Assembly (NCBI GenBank): GCA_030605565.1
Contig: JAUWIB010000099.1
Coordinates: forward strand, 733-64,732
DNA from: a bacterium
GTDB taxonomy: Bacteria > Zixibacteria > MSB-5A5 > GN15 > FEB-12
Length of the DNA: 64,000 bases
Direction of reading: 5' to 3'
Shown: one piece after another, positions 47,671 to 57,058 of the stretch
How positions within the stretch are numbered: position 1 is the stretch's first letter
Layout of the letters: every line of letters begins with the position of its first letter
Program-made: the position numbers and the translations under genes
The notes under the pieces: generated by a model
Told to the model about the DNA's origin: nothing
What the model saw: the letters and a program-made list of their open reading frames with translations, nothing else
Database searches by the model: none

Positions 47671-48657
47671 TCACCGCACAATACCTGTTTCAGCGCCGCA
47701 GTTTGAACATTTGCTGCCGTCTAAACCAACTATCTCCGTGCGATACCCAGAGCGCCTGATCAGTTTGTGTCCGCACGAGGCACAAGCAGTATCGGACCCA
47801 TCCGTAAGAGCAACGTTGCCGAGAAACACGTGCTTGAGCTTTGATTGCGCGATAGAAAACGCTCTTAACATGGTGTCGGCAGGTGTTGCTTCAACGTTCA
47901 GTTTGTACTGCGGATGGTAAGCCGAAAGATGCAGCGGTATCTCATTCGAAATCGACGCCACAAACTCAACCAGCCTGGTAATGTCCTCGTCAGAATCATT
48001 CTTTCCCGGTATCAACAGATTGGTCAACTCAAGATGCACGTGCGAGGCTGCGACCGTCCTGATTGTCTCCAATACCGGCTCCAGTTTCCCTTTACAAACC
48101 TTCTTGTAGAACTCCGGTCGCATCCCTTTGAGATCGATATTAGCGGCGTCGATATGTTCAAGCAAGTGAGAGAGTGGTCCGGTGTTGATATATCCATTGG
48201 TGACTAGCACCACTTTGTAACCGGCTTCGTGAAGCAAAGGCGCCGTGTCCATAATATACTCATACCAGATTATCGGCTCCGTATAGGTGAAAGCCACGCC
48301 AATCGAACCATGTTGCCCGGCTACCTCCACCAAAGAACGCGGATCGATGTACGTAGTATGTGTCTTGCTTTGTGAAATAGTCCAGTTCTGGCAGTGCAGG
48401 CAGCCAAGGTTGCATCCGTTGGGGCCGGTAGACACGATATTGGCGGTGGGACAAAAATGATACAGCGGCTTTTTCTCAATCGGGTCAACAGCCAGCGTAA
48501 CGGCCTCACCGTAATTGTCGGTGTATAGCTTCCCCTGCTTAGGAAACCGACCACAGATACCGACCTGACCCTCGGCCAGCTTGCATTCAGCCGGACACAG
48601 CAGGCACTGCAACTTGTCATCGGCTATTGATTGGTAGAAGGCCGCTTCCTTAAGCAT
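47671..48657 (-). CDS. amrS: AmmeMemoRadiSam-system radical SAM enzyme
   Basis: N-terminal Cys cluster (LQCLLCPAECKL...GICG), the radical-SAM motif CNLGCLHCQNW, and a C-terminal CASCG...CSNCG. Confidence 0.85.
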   Translation of the reverse strand: MLKEAAFYQSIADDKLQCLLCPAECKLAEGQVGICGRFPKQGKLYTDNYGEAVTLAVDPIEKKPLYHFCPTANIVSTGPNGCNLGCLHCQNWTISQSKTHTTYIDPRSLVEVAGQHGSIGVAFTYTEPIIWYEYIMDTAPLLHEAGYKVVLVTNGYINTGPLSHLLEHIDAANIDLKGMRPEFYKKVCKGKLEPVLETIRTVAASHVHLELTNLLIPGKNDSDEDITRLVEFVASISNEIPLHLSAYHPQYKLNVEATPADTMLRAFSIAQSKLKHVFLGNVALTDGSDTACASCGHKLIRRSGYRTEIVGLDGSKCSNCGAETGIVR

Positions 48658-50245
48658 GGCGACGATCTTCCTCGATATACGTTACGGCGGCCGCCAAATT
48701 ATCAAACAGCTTGACGCCACCATTAATACAATAGTTGCGCAACCGTTGTTCCTCGGCGGCGCCCTTGCCCGAGCGAACCATGAAAGCGCGCACCGGCGAC
48801 GTGTAACCAAGGTAGACATCATCAAGCTTGTCACCGATTACGTACGATCGCCTTAGGTCAATCCCCAGTTGTTGTGCGGCCTCCTCCAGCATCCCCGGCG
48901 CCGGCTTACGACAATCGCAGGTTATGGCGAATTCACGGACCCGTCCCTGCGGGTAGTGCGGGCAATAATACAACGCATCGACACTCACGCCTCGCTTAGC
49001 TAACATTTCAATCAAGCGGGCGTTGACCCGTTCGACCGTTGACAGATCAAACAAACCTCGCGCCACCCCTGATTGGTTCGAGATAATGACAATCTTCAGC
49101 CCCAACTCCTGAGCCCGCATGAGCGCCTCGACGGAGCCATCCTCGAATTCGATCTGGTCGGGATCGGACAAGAAATGTTTGTCGACAATCAATGTGCCAT
49201 CCCGATCGACGAATAAAGCGCCCTGAGCGCCGATGGTGTGATCTAAGATGCGACCGACCTCCGTGAGCACCATCTCCGGCGTCACGAGATCGAAGCAAAA
49301 ACGTTTCTCGCGATAGCAGGGTGTGCGACCATGACGCGAACAGGGGCGGCAGTCTTCGTCCACCTCAACAACACGATCATAGAGACCGCGCGGGGCAAAA
49401 CCCAGGGCCGGATGGGTGGGACCGAACACGGTCACAACCGGCGTACCCACGGCCGAGGACAGGTGAGCGATACCGGAATCGTTGGCCACCGTCGCGTGAG
49501 CATGGGCGATGATCGAAGCCAGTTCCGTCAGCGGTCGGTTGATACATTCAACAAATGCGCCCGGTGGAAATGTCGCTTGCAGTTCCGGCCAGGCCCGGTC
49601 TTTTTCGGTGGCGACCCACACGATAGAAACACCGCGCTCACGATGCAGCCGAATGGCCACTTCAGCGAAACGCTCCTTCGGCCATTGCTTGTTGTCGTGT
49701 GCTGCTCCCGACGCAATCACGACAAACGGTTCGTGGTCGTTCAACTCGGGCACCGGCGAGTCAACTGACTCCCCACCCTCCGGGTGCAAAATCGGTCGAC
49801 GACAGAACACCTTACCGCCCAACTCGGTCACGGCGGCATTATAAAGATCAATCGTATGCGGAAACTTCTCGGGAATACTTTTGTGACGCCGCGTAAGAAG
49901 AAATCGTTCCAGCCGTCGCTTGGGATATACGACCTTGTTGTCGGCAGTGAGCAAGGTCCGCGTCAAGTACGATCGCGTGTTGCCGTGCAAGTCGATTATG
50001 TGGGAGAAGTGGGCCTCACCAAGCCGCGCCAGCAGCCGATAGAAATCGGTCAACCCAGCGTTGTCGGGGATGGTAATCAACTCGTCGACAGTACCGAACC
50101 GTTCGACCAAGGGACGAAAACCTTCTTTGGTCAGGTAGGTGATCGAATGATCAGGGAAACTGATACGAAGGTTGGCCACCGCCGCCGATGTCAGCAGGAC
50201 ATCCCCCAACGAACCGAATCGGATGGTCAAAATCCTCTTACTCAT
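48650..50245 (-). CDS. Fusion protein: family-9 glycosyltransferase (heptosyltransferase-like) plus D,D-heptose-1,7-bisphosphate phosphatase (GmhB-like HAD)
   Basis: N-terminal RFGSLGDVLLTSAAVANL and NDSGIAHLSSAVGTPVVTVFGPT (GT9). C-terminal LFVDRDGTL, SNQSGVARG, CDCRKPAPGM and GDKLDDV (HAD-IIIA/GmhB). Confidence 0.8.
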   Translation of the reverse strand: MSKRILTIRFGSLGDVLLTSAAVANLRISFPDHSITYLTKEGFRPLVERFGTVDELITIPDNAGLTDFYRLLARLGEAHFSHIIDLHGNTRSYLTRTLLTADNKVVYPKRRLERFLLTRRHKSIPEKFPHTIDLYNAAVTELGGKVFCRRPILHPEGGESVDSPVPELNDHEPFVVIASGAAHDNKQWPKERFAEVAIRLHRERGVSIVWVATEKDRAWPELQATFPPGAFVECINRPLTELASIIAHAHATVANDSGIAHLSSAVGTPVVTVFGPTHPALGFAPRGLYDRVVEVDEDCRPCSRHGRTPCYREKRFCFDLVTPEMVLTEVGRILDHTIGAQGALFVDRDGTLIVDKHFLSDPDQIEFEDGSVEALMRAQELGLKIVIISNQSGVARGLFDLSTVERVNARLIEMLAKRGVSVDALYYCPHYPQGRVREFAITCDCRKPAPGMLEEAAQQLGIDLRRSYVIGDKLDDVYLGYTSPVRAFMVRSGKGAAEEQRLRNYCINGGVKLFDNLAAAVTYIEEDRRHA

Positions 50246-51019
50246 CTAGAGGAAAAGATACAACCCCACTCCGCCGGCAGCAAAGCAATAATACGCAAAA
50301 TACTCAAACTTGCCGCGTCGCACCGCCGCCAGCACGAGATAGACGGCGACCAGCGAAACAAGAAACGACACAAGACCACCAATGAGATATTGACTGACCA
50401 ACTCGGAGGGGAGATTGACTAGTTGTTTAGCTTTCAGCAGGGCCGCACCGCCAATGACCGGAATGGCCAGCAAAAAGGAGAACTCAGCCGCTTTGGACGG
50501 CTCTATTCCGGCGTGCAAACCGACCGAGATAGTGCTTCCCGACCGCGATATACCGGGCATGATCGCCGCCGCCTGGGCCAGCCCCACCACCAGCGCCCGA
50601 CGCCAGGTAAAACCCTGATGTCGGTTGGTGGCAAACCTGGTTGACAAAAGTATCCCCCCTGTCACAAACAACATTATCGCAGCATACAACGGACGCGAAA
50701 ATGCCGCCGCAAAAAAATCCTCCAACAGGACCCCCAGAACTGCCGCCGGGAGGGTGGCCAGGGCCAGGTAACCGATAGTAGACCGTTCCCGGCTCAGTCG
50801 TTTGTCGAATATGGACCGTAGCATACGAACGAGCGGTTTGCGAAAAAAGATGAGTACCGCCAGCAGGGAACCCAAGTGGACCAGCACTTCAAACGCAACA
50901 CCCGGCTGCTTGACTCCCAAGAGAGATTGCGCCAGAACCAGGTGGCCCGATGACGATACCGGTAGAAACTCGGTCAGCCCCTGCAGCAGCCCGAGAATGA
51001 TGGCGTCAAGATAGGTCAT
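50246..51019 (-). CDS. uppP: Undecaprenyl-diphosphate phosphatase
   Basis: LQGLTEFLPVSSSGHLVL and PGISRSGSTI. Confidence 0.95.
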   Translation of the reverse strand: MTYLDAIILGLLQGLTEFLPVSSSGHLVLAQSLLGVKQPGVAFEVLVHLGSLLAVLIFFRKPLVRMLRSIFDKRLSRERSTIGYLALATLPAAVLGVLLEDFFAAAFSRPLYAAIMLFVTGGILLSTRFATNRHQGFTWRRALVVGLAQAAAIMPGISRSGSTISVGLHAGIEPSKAAEFSFLLAIPVIGGAALLKAKQLVNLPSELVSQYLIGGLVSFLVSLVAVYLVLAAVRRGKFEYFAYYCFAAGGVGLYLFL

Positions 51020-51058
51020 GGTGGACTAAAAGAGATATCCGCAAACTTGCCGATCTTC

Positions 51059-51703
51059 TTACAACACTCGATACCTAAGGCCGGCGAACAGACCGTCATT
51101 GCCGTCGAACTGAAATTCACCGTAAAGCCCGAAGTCCTCGCTCATATCCCAGCAAGTACCGAGACTGAGCCCAAACTTCAGTTCAGATTCGGATTTCGAT
51201 ACACCGAGAACATCGACCTTGTATCGTTCCAGCCTGACATTAAACCGCCCATAGGGTGTAAGAGTAGTCCCACCGCTGAGACTGAAGGGGATCGAGCCGA
51301 GCAGGTCGGCGCCAATCTGAAAAATAGAAAATCCGTCAAAATCGACATACTCAAAAAAACCACCCACTGACAGATCAAGCGGATCCTGCTGGACAGCCGA
51401 ATTGAAATCCAACATCTGATAGTGAAAATCCAGCCCGAAAGTCACCGTGGCGTCAAAGCCCCTTTCGTCGGCAATCCCCAGTTTAATGCGTCCCTCCGTC
51501 GATTCAGACATCCCGTAGGCGAAGAAACCCACAAAAGAATTCCAATCGGCCGCGCCAACCGCTAATCCGATGTCGCCGGCTCCCTGTCCAATGACTTGCG
51601 CTTTGCTCAATGTTCCGAACGCCGATCCATAGGCGTCTAGTCCATCTCCGTATGCCACCCCTGCCAATAATACTGTTGCTACAACAATCGCTGCCTTCTT
51701 CAT
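51059..51703 (-). CDS. Putative outer-membrane beta-barrel protein
   Basis: Signal peptide MKKAAIVVATVLLAGVAYG, followed by alternating amphipathic strands rich in G/F/Y/D. Confidence 0.55.
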   Translation of the reverse strand: MKKAAIVVATVLLAGVAYGDGLDAYGSAFGTLSKAQVIGQGAGDIGLAVGAADWNSFVGFFAYGMSESTEGRIKLGIADERGFDATVTFGLDFHYQMLDFNSAVQQDPLDLSVGGFFEYVDFDGFSIFQIGADLLGSIPFSLSGGTTLTPYGRFNVRLERYKVDVLGVSKSESELKFGLSLGTCWDMSEDFGLYGEFQFDGNDGLFAGLRYRVL

Positions 51704-51979
51704 GATATGCTTCTCCTATCAGACGTGCTATCCGGCATGATAATCCATACTGTCAATTAGGAGCTATCGTAGCGCTCCTTTCGGCAATGGTCAACAAAAA
51801 AGCAAGTCTGGGGGCGTTAAATGTTGACAGACACACGGACGTAATCTTCCTTAATGCCCGACGCGCAGGAATGCCAGGTTGGTTCGCATGTTATCCAGTG
51901 GCATTCGATAGCGGTTCAGTCGGTGGCCGTTTGGAGTCGCCGATTTTCGGTTCACCCATTGAACGGGAGAGATGCATCC

Positions 51980-53392
51980 ATGCCCGACGAACAGGAGTAC
52001 AACCTGGACACCAACAGCAGTTCCGGACGCGGTAACTGGACAACCAGTGTCGGGTTCATACTGGCCGCCACGGGGTCGGCTATCGGTCTTGGCAATATCT
52101 GGAAATTCCCATACATCACCGGCGACTACGGCGGCGGCGCTTTCGTCCTGGTGTACCTGGTGTGCGTGCTGGTGGTCGGTCTGCCGCTGATGTTGGCCGA
52201 GTTGATCATCGGTCGCCGCACACAGCAGAACCCGGTGGGCGCATTTCAAAAACTGCATCGCGAGGGCAGCCCGTGGCAACTGGTGGGCTGGCTTGGAGTA
52301 GCCTCCGGTTTTGTCATCCTGTCCTATTACAGTGTCGTGGCCGGTTGGGCGCTCGCCTATATCTTCAAGGCTATCGCCGGCTTTCAGGGCACCGCCGAGG
52401 CCATCCAGTCTGAGTTTGGCGAACTGGTCACTTCTCCGGGACAATCGATTTTTTACCACACGATCTTTATGGCGATATGCATCGGTATCGTAATCGGCGG
52501 TATCAAGCGGGGCATCGAACGCTGGAGCAAGATTCTGATGCCGGCGCTGTTTGCAATCCTGCTCGGCCTGGCTTGCTACGGCCTGTTCTCCACCGAGGGC
52601 GGCAGCAAGGCGCTGGCCTTTCTGTTCAAGCCTGACTTCTCCAAGCTCGGCGCCGAGGGTGTCCTGTCGGCGCTGGGGCACGCCTTCTTCACCTTGTCAC
52701 TGGGCATGGGCGCCATGATCACCTACGGCAGCTATATGAAGCGCGGCTCGAACCTCGTGCGTGACGCCATAGCCATATCGTTTCTCGATACCGTGGTCGC
52801 GCTCGTGGCCGGGATAGCTATCTTTTCAATGGTATTCCATTTTGGGATGGAACCGGGGCAAAGCGTGGGTTTGATCTTCAAAACGCTGCCGGTGTTATTC
52901 AAGGACATCGGACCGTGGATATCGGTGCCGTTCTTTGTACTGTTGACCTTCGCCGCGGTAACGTCCGGAATCAGTTTGCTTGAGGTGGTCGTCTCCTACT
53001 TTGTAGACCGCAGAGGCTGGAGCCGTATTGCCGCCACCCTTGTTTTGGGTGCAGGCATCTATGTATTAGGGATTTTCTCGGCGGTGAGCGCCTGGTCTGT
53101 TCCGTTCTCAGGAAAAGGGTTCTTCGATTTCTTTGACGACTTCTCCACCAACTACATGCTGCCGATCGGCGGCCTGTTCACCTGCCTGTTTATCGCCTGG
53201 GTGATGAAAGACAAGGACCGCGCCGACGAATTCGGTTCACGTGGTCCTCTGTACAAGGGACTCAGGTTTCTCCTGCGATACATCACGCCGGTAGCGGTCC
53301 TGGCGGTGATCGTGCACCAGTTAGGAATCGTAGAAAAGTGCTTTTGGCTGTTCATCAGGCTCTTCGTGTTCTTCCTGAACTACGCAGGGTAG
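51980..53392 (+). CDS. Sodium-dependent transporter, neurotransmitter:sodium symporter (SNF) family
   Basis: GFILAATGSAIGLGNIWKFPYITGDYGGGAFVLVYL in a polytopic protein. Trimmed from track start 51854 to ATG 51980. Confidence 0.9.
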   Translation: MPDEQEYNLDTNSSSGRGNWTTSVGFILAATGSAIGLGNIWKFPYITGDYGGGAFVLVYLVCVLVVGLPLMLAELIIGRRTQQNPVGAFQKLHREGSPWQLVGWLGVASGFVILSYYSVVAGWALAYIFKAIAGFQGTAEAIQSEFGELVTSPGQSIFYHTIFMAICIGIVIGGIKRGIERWSKILMPALFAILLGLACYGLFSTEGGSKALAFLFKPDFSKLGAEGVLSALGHAFFTLSLGMGAMITYGSYMKRGSNLVRDAIAISFLDTVVALVAGIAIFSMVFHFGMEPGQSVGLIFKTLPVLFKDIGPWISVPFFVLLTFAAVTSGISLLEVVVSYFVDRRGWSRIAATLVLGAGIYVLGIFSAVSAWSVPFSGKGFFDFFDDFSTNYMLPIGGLFTCLFIAWVMKDKDRADEFGSRGPLYKGLRFLLRYITPVAVLAVIVHQLGIVEKCFWLFIRLFVFFLNYAG

Positions 53393-53558
53393 CCGACCAT
53401 GATCTTCGGGCTGCCCACCATTTATGTCACCGTAAACGGTCGGCCACGAGCCGAAAAAAATGTGATGGAGTTTTCCTTGCCTTCCTAACACTTACACTTG
53501 TACTATAATAATAGTATGGGAAAGATGGCGTATACCTAACAATAGGACAAAGCGCACA

Positions 53559-54881
53559 GTGGCTCCGATTGTGACATCAAGAAGAAACGAAGTCAATCAA
53601 TTGCGATGCGAAGACAGGTCAGCGCATGACTGGTATAGGTTCGTCCTTTCGTATCCGCCGCACCTAGTAAGAGAGTATCTTGAACGCTTCGGAATGAGCC
53701 CACAGCACTGCGTTTTGGACCCATTCTGCGGCACTGGCACTACCTTGGTCGAATGTAAGAAACTTGGAATTAGGAGTGTCGGAGTAGAAGCCCACCCCTC
53801 GGTGTGTGGTTTCGCGCGCACCAAAGTTGACTGGTCGATCGATGGAACTGCATTGATGCAACATGCACGACGAGTTTCCCAACGCGCAATAAGGGTTCTG
53901 CGCAAGCAAGGTATTAGCGACAACGGGGAGTTATTTGAATCTGGAACTCCTTTGGAAGCATGCCGCACCACTGAACTCAGGCAATTACCCATCGAAACAG
54001 CTAAGTTGCTTATTCGGAACTCCATTAGCCCTCTTCCGCTACATAAAGCACTGGTTCTCCTTGACGCAGTAGATAACTGCCGGCATAGTCCCTTCTATGA
54101 GCATGAAAGACTCGCCTATGCTAAGGCAATAGTTTACGAGGCTAGTAATCTACACTTTGGCCCTGAGGTCGGTGTAAGGCGGGTGAAACGGGATGATGCC
54201 GCAGTGATCTCGCTATGGCTTGAGGGAGTAAGAAAGATAGCAGCAGATTTAGAGACGCTTCAGGGCGCACAGAGTGTTGAGTCACTTGTCTACAACGCAG
54301 ATTCTCGATCACTGGCGTCTGTACTTAGGCCAAGGTCAATCAACGCAGTGATTACATCGCCGCCTTATCCAAATGAGAAGGATTACACACGCACTACCCG
54401 ACTAGAGTCTGTCTTATTGGGCTATGTGTCCAGCAGATCGGAGTTGAGACATCTGAAACAGGGTTTACTTCGCTCCAACACTCGAGGAGTTTACAGCATT
54501 GACAGAGACGATGAACTGGTTGCTTCGAATGATCGCATTCAGAAGATTGCTGACCAAATTGAACAGAGACGAATTGAATTAGGAAAAACTTCCGGGTTCG
54601 AACGCCTTTATGCCCGGCTCACAAAGCTGTATTTCGGTGGAATGAAACGACACTTGTCTGATCTTCGGCCTGCGCTCTGCCCCGGAGCTCAACTCGCCTA
54701 TGTTGTCGGTGATCAAGCATCCTATCTTCGAGTAATGATTAGAACTGGTCAGTTGTTAGCAGATATAGCTGAATCGCTGGGCTATGAGGTTTTATCTCTG
54801 GATCTATTCAGAAAGAGACTATCAACAGCTACTAAGCAACAACTACGTGAAGAAGTAGTGGTGCTGAGATGGCCTGGATAG
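53559..54881 (+). CDS. DNA (amino-)methyltransferase, motif I upstream of an SPPY motif IV
   Basis: VLDPFCGTGTTLVECKKLG (AdoMet-binding motif I), and about 210 aa later AVITSPPYPNEKDY (catalytic motif IV). GTG start. Sampled lines are low in GC. Confidence 0.8.
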   Translation: MAPIVTSRRNEVNQLRCEDRSAHDWYRFVLSYPPHLVREYLERFGMSPQHCVLDPFCGTGTTLVECKKLGIRSVGVEAHPSVCGFARTKVDWSIDGTALMQHARRVSQRAIRVLRKQGISDNGELFESGTPLEACRTTELRQLPIETAKLLIRNSISPLPLHKALVLLDAVDNCRHSPFYEHERLAYAKAIVYEASNLHFGPEVGVRRVKRDDAAVISLWLEGVRKIAADLETLQGAQSVESLVYNADSRSLASVLRPRSINAVITSPPYPNEKDYTRTTRLESVLLGYVSSRSELRHLKQGLLRSNTRGVYSIDRDDELVASNDRIQKIADQIEQRRIELGKTSGFERLYARLTKLYFGGMKRHLSDLRPALCPGAQLAYVVGDQASYLRVMIRTGQLLADIAESLGYEVLSLDLFRKRLSTATKQQLREEVVVLRWPG

Positions 54882-54897
54882 GGACGAAGGAGGACAC

Positions 54898-55695
54898 ATG
54901 AGTCCCAAGAATCGTTATGCCGCAATAATCGAAGATGTCTTTTTTCACTATTATAAGGACGGAATGTTGCAATTTGAGTTCGATCGCTCTGACATTGCAA
55001 TATCTGCCGAGAAACTTGGGATTGAATTGCCTAAGAATTTGGGGGATTTGATATATAGTTTTAGATATCGCACTCCATTACCAGAGCGGATTATAGAGAC
55101 TGAGCACGACGATCTAAACTGGATTATTCGACCTGCTGGTAAGTCAAAGTACCGATTTGTTCTTGTACGAGAGGCGCTTATTGCTCCTAATACCGGCTTG
55201 GTGGAAACAAAAATCCCAGATGCGACTCCTGGGCTTGTGTCAAAATACTCTCTGAGCGATGAGCAGGCACTACTGGCAAAAGTACGCTATAATCGTCTAA
55301 TCGATGTTTTCACCGGTGTTACCTGCTACTCCCTTCAAAATCACCTTCGTACCACAGTGCCAAACATGGGACAAGTTGAGACTGACGAGATTTATATTGG
55401 TGTGGACAAGAAAGGCTGTCAGTACGCCATACCGGTGCAAGCCAAAGGTCATAGCGATATCATCAGCGTGGTTCAAATCGAACAGGATTTCGCATTGTGT
55501 CAAAACAAATTCTCGCAGTTAGTCTGCAGACCAATTGGTGCCCAGTTTACGGGTGATGGTATCATTGTGTTGTATGAATTCGAACAAACCGATCAGGGGG
55601 TTCGCGTAGCCAGTGAAAGACACTACAGATTAGTTGCTCCTGAAGAGGTTTCCGCTGAGGATCTTGAGAACTATCGTAATCGCCTTCCCCACTAG
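54898..55695 (+). CDS. Candidate type II restriction endonuclease (PD-(D/E)xK-like)
   Basis: GAAGGAGG precedes the ATG, 17 nt after the methyltransferase stop. VETDEIYIGVDKKGCQYAIPVQAKG fits a D...(E/Q)xK arrangement. One sampled 60-nt line is 32% GC. Confidence 0.5.
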   Translation: MSPKNRYAAIIEDVFFHYYKDGMLQFEFDRSDIAISAEKLGIELPKNLGDLIYSFRYRTPLPERIIETEHDDLNWIIRPAGKSKYRFVLVREALIAPNTGLVETKIPDATPGLVSKYSLSDEQALLAKVRYNRLIDVFTGVTCYSLQNHLRTTVPNMGQVETDEIYIGVDKKGCQYAIPVQAKGHSDIISVVQIEQDFALCQNKFSQLVCRPIGAQFTGDGIIVLYEFEQTDQGVRVASERHYRLVAPEEVSAEDLENYRNRLPH

Positions 55696-55768
55696 TTCCG
55701 ATGGACTTCGCACATTAGACGCAGATGTGGATTAGACAGTTGGGTTAACAGATGTCTTCTCCCCCCCC

Positions 55769-56884
55769 TCACTCCTCCACCGCCAGGTACTTCAGCGCCT
55801 CGCGCTTCAAACGGTCGCGATCAAAGCCCTGCAAGTCTACGATGTCCAAAAACTCGATAAACGCCGTATCGATTCGTCCAATCGAACTGCGTCCAAATGA
55901 TTCTGAGGTTTCATCAGATTTCTCTTTTTCCAGACGGATATTGAGCGCAAACGATTTCTGTTTCAGAGCCGCTATCTGAGCAGCCGGGATCGTCTTGAGA
56001 GTTTCCTCACTGACACCGGTAACACTCACCCGCACGATTTTGTCGGAGGTGTCGATACGCTCCACGGTCTCGGTTAGAACCTGCAGCAACTGATCACCGC
56101 GCATTCCGGCGGCGTTGATCACCGGCGCGTCCACCATCCGACGACAACTGACCGGCTCAAACCGAACCACCAGCGGATCAAACTCGACTACTGCAAACCC
56201 TTTGTCCGCCTCCCGCTCCGCCTGCGACAGCCGTTCGGTCGATCCGGCGTAGTACGCCCGCGGGGAGACACGGCTAAAATCGTGAAAGTGCCCCAAAGCA
56301 GCGTAGTCGAAACGATCCAGCAACTCCAGGGGGAATTCCTGCTCCCCCAGATCGGCCATCGAAAACTCCGGCATCCCGGCTGCTACCCCATGAGCCACCA
56401 GGACGTTGAACCGAGCATCGGGGTCGGGCGCAACCTTAGTCAACTGTTCCTGCTGCGCCGCGACGGTTAAGCAATGCGGCAGCGCATGGCACACGACCTC
56501 CCCGACTCGTACAATTTCAAGCCTGCCGGACGCCACGACGTGCAGATTCTCGATCTGCCTGAAAACCTCGATGGCGGCCCCGATGTGTGGTTGCTTGGGA
56601 GCGTCGTGGTTCCCGCTGATTATGATAGTGGGGATACTGTTCACTTCAGCCAGCCGGTGCAGTTGTTCGGCAGCGATCGCCATGATACGATTGATCGGGC
56701 GCACCTTGTGAAACAGATCGCCCGCGTGGATGCAGAGGTCGGGTTTGATCGCGATAATCTGATCTATCGCTTCGCAGAAAGCATTGATAATGTCTTCCTG
56801 CCGGAGCGTGAGACCGCTCTCACCGCGCCGGGGATGGTTCTCCCCCGCACCGAGATGACTATCGGCGAAATGGCAGAGTTTCAT
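55769..56884 (-). CDS. sbcD: SbcD/Mre11-family nuclease (metallophosphoesterase)
   Basis: MKLCHFADSHLG, HAGDLFH, ISGNHD and VAHG. Trimmed to ATG 56884. Confidence 0.85.
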   Translation of the reverse strand: MKLCHFADSHLGAGENHPRRGESGLTLRQEDIINAFCEAIDQIIAIKPDLCIHAGDLFHKVRPINRIMAIAAEQLHRLAEVNSIPTIIISGNHDAPKQPHIGAAIEVFRQIENLHVVASGRLEIVRVGEVVCHALPHCLTVAAQQEQLTKVAPDPDARFNVLVAHGVAAGMPEFSMADLGEQEFPLELLDRFDYAALGHFHDFSRVSPRAYYAGSTERLSQAEREADKGFAVVEFDPLVVRFEPVSCRRMVDAPVINAAGMRGDQLLQVLTETVERIDTSDKIVRVSVTGVSEETLKTIPAAQIAALKQKSFALNIRLEKEKSDETSESFGRSSIGRIDTAFIEFLDIVDLQGFDRDRLKREALKYLAVEE

Positions 56885-56961
56885 GTCGACAAGATAGCCG
56901 GGCAATCATGAAAGCTCAATCACAAATTGCACGGGATGGAATTCTCCGGTCTTCAGCAGGA

Positions 56962-57038
56962 GTAGGTCAGGAGGCCTGTCCTCCTGACGATTTCCGTGAG
57001 GTCAAAAGACGTCAGGACCGCAGGGGTCCTGACCTACA
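56962..57038. repeat. Two family-D hairpins
   Basis: GTAGGTCAGGAGGCCTGTCCTCCTGAC and GTCAGGACCGCAGGGGTCCTGACCTACA. Confidence 0.8.
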
Positions 57039-57058
57039 ATTGAGATGCAATTGAAAAT

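Noticed and set aside
51704-51979. Possible riboswitch (for example glycine) in the roughly 130-nt leader of the SNF transporter gene.
   Set aside because: Only a GGGAGAG fragment resembles the consensus. The conserved ACCGAAGG-type elements are absent, so I cannot support a call by eye.
51851-52681. 276-aa minus-strand ORF overlapping the start of the SNF transporter gene.
   Set aside because: It is antisense to a clear transporter gene, and its translation is Q/R/A-rich without structure. I treat it as a shadow ORF.
53440-53460. Hairpin TCGGCCACGAGCCGA followed by A7, downstream of the SNF transporter gene.
   Set aside because: On the plus strand the stem is followed by an A-run rather than a T-run. 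On the minus strand the T-run precedes the stem. It does not work as an intrinsic terminator in either orientation, and may be a relic of one.
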